This document shows positions 28,451 to 41,026 of a DNA stretch of 64,000 nucleotides, piece by piece. Position 1 is the stretch's first letter. Each line of letters begins with the position of its first letter. The notes beneath the pieces were generated by a model, which saw only the letters and a list, made by a program, of their open reading frames with translations, was not told the origin of the DNA and made no database searches. The position numbers and the translations under genes were made by a program. This stretch comes from Octopus bimaculoides (Eukaryota). The stretch is from contig NC_068983.1 of assembly GCF_001194135.2 (NCBI RefSeq), positions 24,200,443-24,264,442 on the forward strand, given 5' to 3'.

Positions 28451-28739
28451 CCTCAGTCAACCTCAGTGGAATGGCTGAAAACAGAGCAATATTGTCTCTC
28501 CAAGATCTCCGCCATTTTTTCCCCATCATTTTAGAGAATGCTGTTATCATCTATCAATGGACTTATGAGTGAGAATACAGTCCTATGTTTATTGACAAAT
28601 GAATAGAACACTTTTGGGTTGTGATGATTTTCTTAATAAACCACTCTTCCTCTACAGTCCTTTGATTGGTGATGTGTGTTTTTATGCTGTTCTGCACATG
28701 ATATTTTCTCAATGCAAGTGTTCTTACTGCTGTTGATTG

Positions 28740-28783
<44 letters not shown>

Positions 28784-29129
28784 TGTGTAGTTGAATTCCA
28801 TTGATTGTAACTGTTTTCATCTTCATCTATATTTTGAAATATCTTATGTATTATGTATATATATCATGTATATCATTATATATAGTATATATTTTTTCTT
28901 TCTGTCTATCTATATTATGCATAGTGTGTGTGTGTGTGTGTGTGTGTGTGTACACACACATCTCTCTCCATTTTTTCCCTTCTTAATCCTTTATGTCGAA
29001 GAGCATAAGCTTGAAATGTAAAAGACTTTTCTATTTTCCCTGAGTGTTAAACTAATACACCTGATTGTTTTTCCTACATCTGTTTTTGTCTTTTGCTTTC
29101 TGTAAATTTGGACTATATATATATATAAG

Positions 29130-29290
29130 CACAGGAGTGGCTGTGTGGTAAGTATCTTGTTTACCAACCACATGGTTCAGGGTTCATTCCCACTGCGTCT
29201 TGGGCAAGTGTCTTCTACTATAGCCTCGGGCTGACCAAAGCCTTGTGAGTGGATTTGGTAGACGGAAACTGAAAGAAGCCCATCGTATTT
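29130..29290 (+). mobile_element. SINE family A, head half only
   Basis: Head through GAAAGAAGCCCATCGTAT; tail absent. Confidence 0.8.
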
Positions 29291-29334
29291 CTAATTTACC
29301 CAAAGCCAGGAACTTTTCAGCAGTCCCTCATAAG

Positions 29335-30330
29335 AGGTGTTAGTTCTTCATAGATGTTCTTTTTCACCAATTTTTGAAGCAGTATTCACATGTGCTACGC
29401 AGCTGATCTCTACAACAGCACATAACTTTTCTCCTTGTTCCACAATATCTGGCCTATTGTGCTTGTACCAAGTTGCTGTTTTCATTGGAATGATCCATCA
29501 GTATTCTTTACTTTTAAAGGTGTGGACACATTCTATGTTTGGTGTGGCTATCAGAACAAACTTTCCCATGGATATAGCATTGTAGATGGTTTTAGTGACT
29601 CTGTCATACTTCATAGGAAGTTGATGTCTTGTGGAAATCTTTGGACAGCTGCTAATAATAATACGGGTGATATCTCCCACTCTGTTATGGCATAATCAAC
29701 ATAGCGGGCTAGAGATATTTCTAGCTCCCTTGTTCATCACATATTAGTTTCAAATTTTGACACAAGGCCTGTAATTACAGGTGTACTGGATAAGCCAATT
29801 ACATTGACTCGTGTTTAACTAGTTCCTATTTTATCAACCCTGAATGGATGAAAGGCAAAGTTGACCTTGGTAGAATATGAACTCAGAAGATGTGAAGATG
29901 GAGAGGATGCTGCTAAGCATTTTGCATGGCATGCTAACACTTCTGCCAGCTTGCTTCTTTCCTTGTTCATCACAAATCGAGAAGCTATTGCTTTTCTAGG
30001 ATAGCAAAGATGTAACCTTTTAGGTTAGAAGTGATGTGTTTATCGCAGGTCCAGAATAGGCTACTATTACTGTTAGTGTTGTTGGTAGACTCTAGCTTGC
30101 AGGCTTTGTACTCATGCATAAGTTTCTGCTGGTGTTTAGTATTTCTCATCCAATTCTCAGTTTAAACTTTTTTGATACTAACCCACTTGAGACTGAATCT
30201 GGTTCTATGATACAAACATCCTCCTCTTTTAAAGCGATCCATCAAAATTTCATGTTAAATCATTTTCCAAACATCAGCTTCATAATAATTATTTCACTTA
30301 ATTCTTGATTATTTCCAAAACTAAATGCAA
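29335..30330 (-). mobile_element. Decayed RLE-type non-LTR retrotransposon (R4/Dong- or NeSL-like) C-terminal fragment, interrupted by a family B SINE at about 29745-29955
   Basis: Minus translations KHITSNLKGYIFAILEKQ, IISSCPKISTRH (CCHC knuckle-like), KHNRPDIV and VVEISC (PD-(D/E)xK-like). Confidence 0.7.
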
Positions 30331-30657
30331 CAAAACCAGTGTATTTCTACAGAAATATGGCAAACAAAATGATTAATTAGGTCCATCCAGCCACCCTTGG
30401 TTTACATGGATCAGCTGTACCCTCAAAATACCTGTTTAGAAGTTCTTCACCTAATCTTGTGCTGTAATAATAAACTCGCTGTTGAATATATACAAAATAT
30501 AACTCATTTCTCTCATTACAGTTCAATACTGCCATCCCTACATTTAACCTTTTTACTGTGGAAATTTCATTACCTCTGACTGTGGAGAGTAGTTTTATAT
30601 ACCAGTCTATCTTTTGCTGAGAGATGTCATGTTTGAAACTAATTTTTGTCAAGATGT

Positions 30658-30893
30658 AGGTGCAGGCGTGACCGTGTAGTAAGAAGCTTGCTTCCCAACC
30701 ACATGGTTCAAGGTTCAAGGTTCAGTCCCACTTTGTGGCACCTTGGGCAAGTGTCTTCTACTAATAGCCTCTGGCCAACCAAAGCCTTGTGAGTAGATTT
30801 GGTAGACAGAAACTGAAAGAAGCCTGTCATATATATGTTTATATATATATATATATGTGTGTNNNNNNNNNNGAAGCCTGTCATATATATGTT

Positions 30894-30941
<48 letters not shown>

Positions 30942-31135
30942 TCCCTCCACCGCTTGATAACCAGTGCTGATGTGCTTACGTCCCTGTAACTTAACGGTTC
31001 GGCAAAAGAAACTGATAGAATAAGTACTCAGCTTTAAAAAGAAGTCCTGCTGTTGATTTGTTCGTCTAAAACCTTTTAAGGAGGTGATCCAGGATGGCTG
31101 CAGTCAAAATGACTGAAACAAGTAATAGAATAAAA
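30658..31135 (+). mobile_element. SINE family A, full copy (contains a 10-N gap with duplicated flank)
   Basis: Head and tail match the family; CpG sites largely decayed to TG/CA. Confidence 0.8.
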
Positions 31136-31485
31136 GAATATCTCAAATTTATTGAGACAGCATGACTTGCAGAAAATACTAATTCTACATTTTGGTAGAT
31201 GTTTAACATCCGTTACTGAAATAATCAGGAAATTTAATTTTGCAGTGAAAGGGTTAATATAGACCCTGTCAGTGCTACTATTGAGGTGGAAGCTACTAGC
31301 CATTGTTAGTATTTTCCTAGATCTGATGTCCAAGGATTTAAGTGTTCAGTCTTGTATCTGAAAATGTTAGTCCACGCTCTGACACTGTGAAAGCAATATT
31401 ATTAATGGTTTCATTAAATGCAGACAGCTCTGTGACTTCTATACCTTCCTAAGTTTGCAGAAGTATTATTTTGTCACTCTTGCTG

Positions 31486-31538
<53 letters not shown>

Positions 31539-31849
31539 GTGTGTGTATGTACATGTATATATATATCGTTTTATTTCAACCGAAAAATCTTCCCAAAATT
31601 TTTTGGGCCTTAATAAACCAGTATTTTGCACTACTGTTTTGGTATTTGAGGGCTTTTTTTTTTTTTTTTTACCCCACTTAGTTTTGCACCGATGTGCTTA
31701 CATGTGTGTGTGTGTGTGTGTAATTCGAATATTGTTATTAGAAGTTATTGAAGAGTTTATGATTATCGACATAGCAATATCTATTTTACACATCTCTCGC
31801 TCTTTGGTGCGTGAATTATTTAAAATATTTTACATATCTATGTATTTAT

Positions 31850-33500
31850 ATACACATTATCATTTTACATTTATTATTATTAAATTTACCCCGTAGATCA
31901 TACTTGTTGATCAATAGGGTAAACTTCGGTGAAACGAATATAGTTGCACGCCTACTAATCGAAGGATCGTTGTTTCGTATTTCTTCAATTCCACGAATGT
32001 GGATTTACTGAGTAAAGGAGCCTACGTAATCTGCTAGAAATAGCAGCCAAATCTTTAAACCACATCCTGCTATCTTAAAAAGGAATGCGTATCGGATAAT
32101 GTAGACCTGGAGACATTGTCTGAAAAAAATCGGGATGGCCACGAGTGGAACGCGTCTAATCATATGTCTGCTTGATCAAAATTAATCTGGCGCTCTCTAT
32201 CACACGCTCTTACAATCAAAATCCCAAGAAGCTCCAGCATGGAGGTGTAATTCACTGCTGATATAAACGATGCGCTGTAAAATAAACGAATATTCACTGC
32301 TTGATGTACTAAGCTCAAACATTCACAGATGCACAGCTTAACAGTGTTGACGTGTCATAGGTACACTTAGCTGTAGATAGGATATTCAGTGGCGGCGGCG
32401 ACCCAACGCTTTAATAAGTGACGAGAATCCCCGTCACCGTGCAGATAACACTGTTTTCTAAATACACAACTGGCTTGCATATAGCATTTTTTGTGTATGT
32501 AAGTACACAATGTCTTGCGCAGACATTAGTCTGCGTAAGTAGTATATTTATATACGTTTCAACTCCAGGTGTCAATATTTAGTTTCAAGCTGTACAACAA
32601 TATACCGTGTCACTCTGTGTTCGTTCTCAATGTTTCTCTATAATGAAAGCATATATTTACATCATCGGCATAGTGAAAGAGAGGGTGAACGGAGAGAAAG
32701 AGAGGTAGATCGCTAAAATAACTTTCTGTCTTTAGTAAATAAATATTTTCTCCGTAGTTAACTCTCTCCCTCTTTCTTTTTCTCTCTTTCTCTCACTGCT
32801 TCGATAAGTACGCCCTCTCATTGAGAAATATTGTCTTTCACTTTCGCTATCTCTTTCAGGTAATCGTTCTTCTTTTACCTCCGTGAATATTCTACGCCTC
32901 TTAAATCTGTCTCTTTCTTCCTTCTAACTTTAGTTCTCTGTCGGCTTTTAAGTCACTCTCCCCCCGCTATCTTTCTCCTGCCCTTCACGTTAATTGGGCC
33001 TGCTATCTAAGAATCGGTGGGCGTGTTAGTTAATGACGAGTTATTGCAGTCCGAATGCTGGCCTTCATAAACTTTATGTGGCTAGTTGGTTCGTGAAATT
33101 ATTTCTATGAATGTATGCTTGTGTGCACCAGACTACGCATATAAAATAGAGTGTTTGCCAGCTTGTACGTAAGCGGGGGCTGCGTGTTTGTCTTCAGGAC
33201 TGACTGGTTAGTTTAATTAGCTATTTATATAGCTGTCAGTCTTTGTCTGTCAGACGATACGTTTAAGGGTATGTGTGTTTACCTATGGTACTGACTGCTT
33301 AGAGTGTGTAGCTATGTAATTACTATAATTCGAAGAGACAAGAGGTAGTCTACGTCGGCAATCGAGAGCAAAATGTAAGGTTTGCCTCGAAAAGAAATCG
33401 CCAACATTTCCGGCATTCCCTAATGAAAGGCCTTGTCCGAAATGTCCTCACGGTGTACTAACGAACCTTAGCTTGAATGATTGATAGATCTGGTACAGTG
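31850..33500. promoter_or_regulatory. CpG-rich non-repetitive block; putative promoter or first-exon region
   Basis: Visibly higher CpG than flanks, GGCGGCGGCG at 32391, donor-like TGTAT|GTAAGT at 32499, CT-rich tract downstream. Confidence 0.35.
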
Positions 33501-33534
33501 TGTGTGCATTCGCTGGTGCAAACTGAACATATTC

Positions 33535-34227
33535 ACACAAGTGTGCCCCCACACCGACTTTGTTTCTTCATAACTTCTAGAAAAATCAATATTTTGTAAT
33601 GAAAATTTCTACAAATATGCTTCAGATGATGCAGATTCCGCCTGTATTGAAATTTGTTGTGGAAACGTTTTCCCGGGAGTGGTGAAAGGAGCTTCGGAAA
33701 ATTCACACATGTTAGCTTTGTTTCCTCATAACTTTCAGAAAAATGGATACTTTTTAATGAAGTTTTTTTATAAATACCTTTCAGATTGTTTATATTACGA
33801 TTATATCGGAATTTAATACGTAAAAAAAAATGGTGGGTTCGCTTACATACATACTGTTAGACACCACAAAATGAAACTTGAAATTTCAAAAAAAGTTGTG
33901 ATGTGTCAGTATGTATAGGTGCGAGCCCATCATTTTTTTTTTTCATATTAAATTCCGATATAATCGTAATATAAACAATCTGAAAGGTTTTCATAAAAAA
34001 TTTCATTAGAAAACGTTTTTCCCTGAAAGTTATGAGGAAACAAAGCCAACTTTTGTGAATTTTCAGAAACTCTTCTCCCCACCCTCGGAAAATTTTTTTC
34101 CCGACAAATTCCAATATAATCAGAATTTGCATCCTCTGAAGCATATTTGTTTAAACTGTCATTAAAAAAATATCTATTTTTCTAGACATTATGAAGAAAT
34201 AACGTTGTGGGTCGGGGCACACTTGGG
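33535..34227. mobile_element. Fold-back (whole-length palindromic) MITE-like element, about 690 bp
   Basis: CAAGTGTGCCCC...GGGGCACACTTG ends; arms of about 330 bp align as inverted repeats throughout; spacer of about 30 bp at about 33869-33896. Confidence 0.85.
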
Positions 34228-34991
34228 TAGGTAAGCTGCAAACCATGCTATTTTGCTTTCATGTGGGAAAGATGAGTTTTCTTATGTTGTTGGGAAAAGA
34301 GGATGTCTTGTAAATTATAGGTGTTTAGTAGTAGTAGTAGTAGTAGAAGGTTTAGCACTTAGATTGGCGTGATGCATAGCATTGAAGAGTTGTGTCATAT
34401 ATTGAAGAGTGAGTAAGTGTTTTAGATTATTAGTGACTGACAGAAAGTGATTGATGATGGCAAAATCCGAAAGATGGTTGGCTTTTGAAGGATAAGAGTT
34501 GATTGGTCAAAGACTGAAAGCTTGCAACTAACAAACAATATAGGTTGATATGATGCATGGTGGTGATGATGACCAGAGTGTAGGCAATTCTGCTGTGGTG
34601 GAGGTGCATGGCTTAGTGGTTTGGGTACTGCACTCATGATCATAAGATTGTAGTTTCAATTCCTGAACTGAGCGATACATTTTTTTTTTTTGAGCAAGAC
34701 ACTTCATTTCACGTTGCTCCAGTCTACTTGGTAAAAATGAATAATTCTGTAATGAAACAGCAGCCCATCTAGAGTGGGGAATATATAGGCCACAGATTCC
34801 GGGAAACCAGCCTTATGAACTTTTGATTCAGGAAGGACCTTTTGAATTTAGCTGTAAATTCTTTGATGATTTTGTGTTTGTCTATATGCCATTCTGTTTC
34901 TATATGTCATTTTATCAAAGCATTATTGTCAATATGAGCCACGCTGTTACACTCAGTATTGTTTTCTAAACGTAGATTAATTCAGACCATA

Positions 34992-35207
34992 TTTTCTACT
35001 CTAGGCACAAGGCCCCGAAATTTTGGGGGGAGGGGGCCAGTCGATTAGATCGACACCAGTATGCAACTGGTACTTAATTTATCAACCCCAAAAGGATGAA
35101 AGGCAAAGTCAACCTCAGTGGAATTTGAACTCAGAACATAAAGACAGATGAAATACTGCTAAGCATTTCACCTGGCGTGCTAACGTTTCTGCCAGCTCGC
35201 CACCTTA
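34992..35207 (-). mobile_element. SINE family B (tRNA-like head plus Meta-like core)
   Basis: Reverse complement of 36163-36397 including GAGGTTGACTTTGCCTTTCATCCTTTTGGGGTTGATAAATTAAGTACC. Confidence 0.85.
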
Positions 35208-35786
35208 AAATTCAAAACATATTGTTTATTTATCAATACTAGAAGACAAGGTTGACTTTAGCAAGATTTGAAAACAGAACAAATAAATACTTTGTGGCTT
35301 TCTATCCCAGTGCTTTAATAGATTTTGCCAACTCACCATTCTTAAAAATGTAGCAAGGTAGGAAAAGCACTAAAACCATTTTTAGCCATTATAAGGAGTT
35401 TTAACTTCGATTTTCAAACTGCTCCATTATTCAGTAGAAGTGTGTGGTATCAGTATGGCAGGTCCCTTGATCCTGGGAATATTGATTTCAAATTTTGGTA
35501 CAAGGCCAGCAATTTCAAAGGAGAGGGTAAGTCAATTACATTGATCCCAGTGTTCTACTTGTACTTAATTTATTGACCCCGGAGGATAAGGATGAAAGGA
35601 AAAGTGACCTTGACAGAATCTGAACTCAGACCATTAAAATGGACGAAATTCCACTAAGCATTTTGCCTTGCTTGTCGCCTTCATTCCTGAGAACATTGTG
35701 AATACTAGAATATTATTGTGAATTACTAGAAAGTTTTGTAATATTGCAAATAGCTAGAAAGTTCTTATTAGTAGAATACCAGCCTC

Positions 35787-35930
35787 TTATCATCATCATC
35801 ATCGTTTAACGTCCGCTTTCCATGCTAGCATGGGTTGGACGATTTGACTGAGGACTGGTGAAACCGGATGGCAACACCAGGCTCCAGTCTGATTTGGCAG
35901 AGTTTCTACAGCTGGATGCCCTTCCTAACA
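35787..35930 (-). mobile_element. SINE family C, 5'-truncated
   Basis: Near-identical to 11564-11742 in reverse. Confidence 0.85.
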
Positions 35931-36162
35931 CATTATAATGTCCACTTTTTCATGCTTGCATGGGTCAGATAACGTTTACTGAGGCAGATTTTCTATGGTC
36001 AAATGCCATTCTTGTCACTAATCCTCTCATATTTCCAAGCAAGGTAATATTTCTCCATGGCCAGACATATTTTTGCAGATTAGTGGAAACGATAGTGACA
36101 CTCACTACTATCATGCAATGTCAAGGCAAGAAGATACAAACACACACACACACACACATACA

Positions 36163-36397
36163 TAAGGCTGCGAGCTGGCAGAAACGTTAGCACGCCGGGC
36201 GAAATGCTAAGCGGTATTTCGTCTGCCGCTACGTTCTGAGTTCAAATTCCGCCGAGGTCGACTTTGTCTTTCATCCTTTCGGGGTCGATTAAATAAGTAC
36301 CAGTTACGCACTGGGGTCGATATAATCGACTTAATCCGTTTGTCTGTCTTTATTTGTCCCCTCTGTGTGTAGCCCCTTGTGGGTAGTAAAGAAATAA
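36163..36397 (+). mobile_element. SINE family B, well-preserved copy
   Basis: GAGCTGGCAGAAACGTTAGC A-box-like, GAGTTCAAATTCC B-box-like, GAGGTCGACTTTGTCTTTCATCCTTTCGGGGTCGAT core; CpGs intact. Confidence 0.85.
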
Positions 36398-37056
36398 CAC
36401 ACATACATTGTGGGCTTCTTTCAATTTCTGACTTCCAAATCCACGCACAAAGCTATGGTTGGCCCTGTGTTATAGTAAAACACATTCTCACAATGTGCCA
36501 AGCAGTGTGACTGAACTCAAAACCCGTGCCTATATAGGAACATTTCAAATCCTCACATGTAAGTCTATAGTATTGTAGTATAACACTATATATTAAACAG
36601 TATTGTTTTCTCCCTACTTTTCTAACCTGTAAACACTACAAACTAGAAAATCATCATTAGATAATTCTGTTTGCTATCTGAACTTAAAAAAAATAAATAA
36701 ATAAAATATATACAATAAAATTTGTTGCAATCAATCAAGTGGAATAATTTAAGACGTTTGCAGCATTATCATGAACGCTTGCAAGGCTAAGATTCTGGAA
36801 TAGCCATATGCTCCCATGAGCTTGTCTGACACTTATGTTAGATGAGATGCCAAGAAGTCAAGAACTTTATGGTTAGTGGATTAGCTCCTCCTAACATTTC
36901 AAATATGACAGGTCGAAAAATGTAATTTACCTGCAATTGGCAATTTTTCTACAATCTACCGTTTCTCCTAAATTCTTAACCACTCAGCCGCGCAGGTGTG
37001 GCTGTGTGGTTAACAAGTTATGCTGCCAAATCATGTGGTTTTTAGATCATTTGCAG

Positions 37057-37168
37057 ATGCGGTATTCTCCATCACTTCATTTAGAATATACAAGGATGCA
37101 ACAGAAACACTTACTACTAGTGGGACCCATGGAAATTCCATGGAATGGAAAAAATTAAGCGGACCTAT
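37057..37168 (+). CDS. Candidate internal exon (AVFSITSFRIYKDATETLTTSGTHGNSMEWKKLSGP)
   Basis: TTTGCAG acceptor, AT|GTAAGA donor, one open frame; phase-compatible with 40437-40554; protein not recognised. Confidence 0.3.
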
Positions 37169-38009
37169 GTAAGAAAGAAAGGATGATTTGTATTTTTATA
37201 GCATTCATAGTTTAGCTTTCTTTAAATATTCTTCATGTTTTCCTACATTTGTTTCCTCACGTCTCTGTCGGTGTTGTCTTTTTCCTCTTTTTCTTATATT
37301 TTTTCACCGTTCCTCTCTGATCCATGCTCTATATCTGTGCATCCTTTCTTGGGCAGCTTTCAACTGTGTTTCTTGTGAATTCAGAGTTTAGGCTAAATTA
37401 ATCATTATAAACAAATATTAATTAGTGAACAGATGATAAATAATTACACTTATGTGCATGATTGAAGTGATGGTCACTGTAAAAACAGAAATTAGTTCAA
37501 TGAAAAAAAAATACTTTTCACTATCAACACACCACCACCACCACCACCACTTATCTGCCTCTTTCTCTCTCTCTCAATATAATTGCCTCCCTTGTCCATC
37601 TCTTTCTACCTTTCCATTCAGCTATCTTTTTAACCACATAATAAGTATTCCTTCCCCACCCCACTACACATTAACACTTCTTTCTCCCTCCTTTTCTCGT
37701 CTTTTTCTCTTGTTCTCTGCCTCTTCCTTCAACTGACCATGTGACCATTTGATCTTAGCATATTAATATTAATCACTTTTTTCTACTTCTTCCTCTCTTC
37801 TTTCTTCACCCCTCCCTCCCCCTCTCTCTCTCGCCCCTTCACTTTTACTCCACCTCTCATTCATTCCACCTCCACCTCTCTAACAGGCAAATGAACAAAC
37901 AGATTATTATATAGATAGTGTCTCATATAAGTAATCTTCTGTTAGTCCTGTTTCAAAAGATAATCTGACTGGACCTTAGAATTAATTATTAAAAATAAAA
38001 CCAGAATTA

Positions 38010-38345
38010 ATTATTATTATTATTATTGTTGTTCAGTAGTTTTATTTTTATAACGTGCTTTCACTTCACTACCGAGCGCAGCTCTGTGTGCCTTGGGTAT
38101 GTGCTGTGGTTTGCTGTGATGCTCTTATGGTTATCGTATTGAAAGTGTTTTGCGTAGGATGTGTGCAGTGCCCAGTAGTGCAATTTTCTGTATGTTATAT
38201 ATATTTGTAAGTCCTGGTGTTTTTGTTATGTATTTGTCTGAATATATTTTAATTATACCTAAGGCACCTACTATGATAGGAATTGTTTCTGCTTTTAGGT
38301 TCCACATTCGAGTTACCTCTATTTCCAGGTCTTTGTATTTTGTAT
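38010..38345 (-). mobile_element. 3' end of an R4/Dong-like RLE retrotransposon embedded in (TAA)n
   Basis: Minus translation KYKDLEIEVTRMWNLKAETIPIIVGALGII...QKIALLGTAHILRKTLSIR*, about 100-bp 3' UTR, (TAA)n on both sides. Confidence 0.8.
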
Positions 38346-39375
38346 TATTATTATTNNNNNNNNNNNNNNNNNNNNNNNNNNNNNNNNNNNNNNNNNNNNN
38401 NNNNNNNNNNNNNNNNNNNNNNNNNNNNNNNNNNNNNNNNNNNNNNNNNNNNNNNNNNNNNNNNNNNNNNNNNNNNNNNNNNNNNNNNNNNNNNNNNNNN
38501 NNNNNNNNNNNNNNNNNNNNNNNNNNNNNNNNNNNNNNNNNNNNNNNNNNNNNNNNNNNNNNNNNNNNNNNNNNNNNNNNNNNNNNNNNNNNNNNNNNNN
38601 NNNNNNNNNNNNNNNNNNNNNNNNNNNNNNNNNNNNNNNNNNNNNNNNNNNNNNNNNNNNNNNNNNNNNNNNNNNNNNNNNNNNNNNNNNNNNNNNNNNN
38701 NNNNNNNNNNNNNNNNNNNNNNNNNNNNNNNNNNNNNNNNNNNNNNNNNNNNNNNNNNNNNNNNNNNNNNNNNNNNNNNNNNNNNNNNNNNNNNNNNNNN
38801 NNNNNNNNNNNNNNNNNNNNNNNNNNNNNNNNNNNNNNNNNNNNNNNNNNNNNNNNNNNNNNNNNNNNNNNNNNNNNNNNNNATATATATATATATATAT
38901 ATACGTATGTATACACACACATACATAGTGTGGGCCAAAAGATACACACCGAAACGTTTGGCATTTTATTTATCTTAAGTTGTTCTTATAATTATTATTA
39001 TTGTTAGGGTGGTGGTTTGGCAGAATTATTAGCATGCCGGGCAAAATGCTTAGTGGTATTTCACCAGTCTTTACATTCTGAGTTCAAATTCCACTGAGGT
39101 CCACTTTGCCTTTTCCCTTTTGAAGTCGATAAATTAAGTACCAGTCAAGTACTGGGGTCGATGTAATCAACTAGCACCTTTCCCCCCAAGTTTCACGCCT
39201 TGTGCCTTTAGTAGAAAGGATTATTATTATTATTGTTACTCATTTTCTTCATCATGTTCAAGTGTGTATATATTCATCATTATTTATTTTATTCAATGTT
39301 AGAAAAACTGAAGCATATATCTTTGACAACTCTGGAACATGACTTTTGGCTCACCCTGTACATACATACATTCAT

Positions 39376-39407
<32 letters not shown>

Positions 39408-39504
39408 ATATATATATAGTGTTGAATCCTTCAGCTTTGGGGCTAACTGACGAAGTCTCCTCCCCAATCTTTGACTATTCTGGAGCATGACTTTTGACTC
39501 ACCC

Positions 39505-39537
<33 letters not shown>

Positions 39538-40436
39538 ATATATATATNNNNNNNNNNNNNNNNNNNNNNNNNNNNNNNNNNNNNNNNNNNNNNNNNNNNN
39601 NNNNNNNNNNNNNNNNNNNNNNNNNNNNNNNNNNNNNNNNNNNNNNNNNNNNNNNNNNNNNNNNNNNNNNNNNNNNNNNNNNNNNNNNNNNNNNNNNNNN
39701 NNNNNNNNNNNNNNNNNNTATAGTGTTCTAGACTGTACTGAATTATTCTGCTTTGGGGCTAACTGATGAAGTCTCTTCCTCAATCATAGAGATTCATCCA
39801 CCTCTCTGTTAAAGCTAGTCCAAGTTCAAGAGGAAAGGATGTAACCCACCAAAGAGGTGCATGTGTGGGGGCATAAGAGAAGAAACAAGTGAGAAACAAA
39901 GAAGAGTATTTATGTAAAATCCATGACCCCAAATTGTTTGGGCAACACAGTTTGATCATTGGACCCTAAAACAAGTTTTACATTGGCTAAATTTTCAAGT
40001 TTCATGTGAAGGTGCATGGCTCAGTGGTTAGAGCATCAGGCTCACAATCATTAAGTAGTGAGTTTGATTCCTAGCTTGGGCTATGCGTTGTGTTCTTGAG
40101 CAAGACACTTTATTTTTCACATCGCTCCAGTTCACACAACTGTTGAAATGAGTTGCTATGTTACTGGTACCAAGAATGTACATTAATTTAGGAATTGATA
40201 AATAATTCTTTTGAATAAGGAAGAAAAAAATCTTGATGGGCTCTGTTAAATCAGTATTTTTAAATAATTATCTGATATTTTGCATCTTGGCAAGAAAGGT
40301 GAATGAAAAGATAAGATCAGAGGTTGAAGTGCCAAGATGAGGAAAGAATGGTGATAGATGGAAGAAAATTCAGTAAACATGCTCATTGTAGCTTGATGTG
40401 TGAATGAATTTTTGAATATCAAGAGTTCTCATTTAG

Positions 40437-40554
40437 AAGCATTCTCTTGAAGACTTTCTGCCATAGAGTTTTTAATCATCAACTTTGGCATAAGGAAAAT
40501 CCTATTCAGTGGTCCCCTATAAGCAGGCATCAAGAAGGCACTAGTTATTTAAAT
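40437..40554 (+). CDS. Candidate internal exon (SILLKTFCHRVFNHQLWHKENPIQWSPISRHQEGTSYLN)
   Basis: TTCTCATTTAG acceptor, AAT|GTAAGT donor, 39 open codons; protein not recognised. Confidence 0.3.
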
Positions 40555-40825
40555 GTAAGTTAGCCCGTTAACAAACAATATCATTGATACTCAATGTAAA
40601 TGGTGCAGAACTAATAGTCACCTTGGTGTTGTGTTCAAATATATTTCAACATGTAGTTTTATTGCATACGTAAAAGCTAATTTTGTTCTGTTTGACTTCA
40701 GCTACTTGTCAATTTTGTTAACATGGTATCACATGAAAGATAAAACATGCACTAAAATACTGAAGACAAGGAATAAATAAATGAATAAAACCATTAATAT
40801 ACTATAATTAGTTGTTTAAAAGTTG

Positions 40826-41026
40826 TTACATCAACTCTTTCTTGTGTAAGATTTTATTCTGTTGCTCGAAGAACAAACTGCAGTCATCAATAATTTTTGG
40901 ATGTGTTTCCTTCTGAATCTCTTTCTCTCTAGGAAATGTTTTGATGTAATCTTTCCAAACTTGTTTTTCGCTATCTCCCATATTTGATTTAATTTTTCTA
41001 TGCCTGTTGTTGCTATCTGTTATAAT
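40826..41026 (-). CDS. Candidate terminal exon or coding remnant (IITDSNNRHRK...KILHKKELM*)
   Basis: Strong acceptor TGTGTTGTTTTCCTCTCCAG followed by 66 open codons to TAA; not recognised. Confidence 0.3.
   Translation of the reverse strand: MITDSNNRHRKIKSNMGDSEKQVWKDYIKTFPREKEIQKETHPKIIDDCSLFFEQQNKILHKKELM

Noticed and set aside
30820-30915. Apparent tandem duplication around a 10-N gap
   Set aside because: Identical sequence on both sides of a minimal gap is a typical scaffolding overlap artefact
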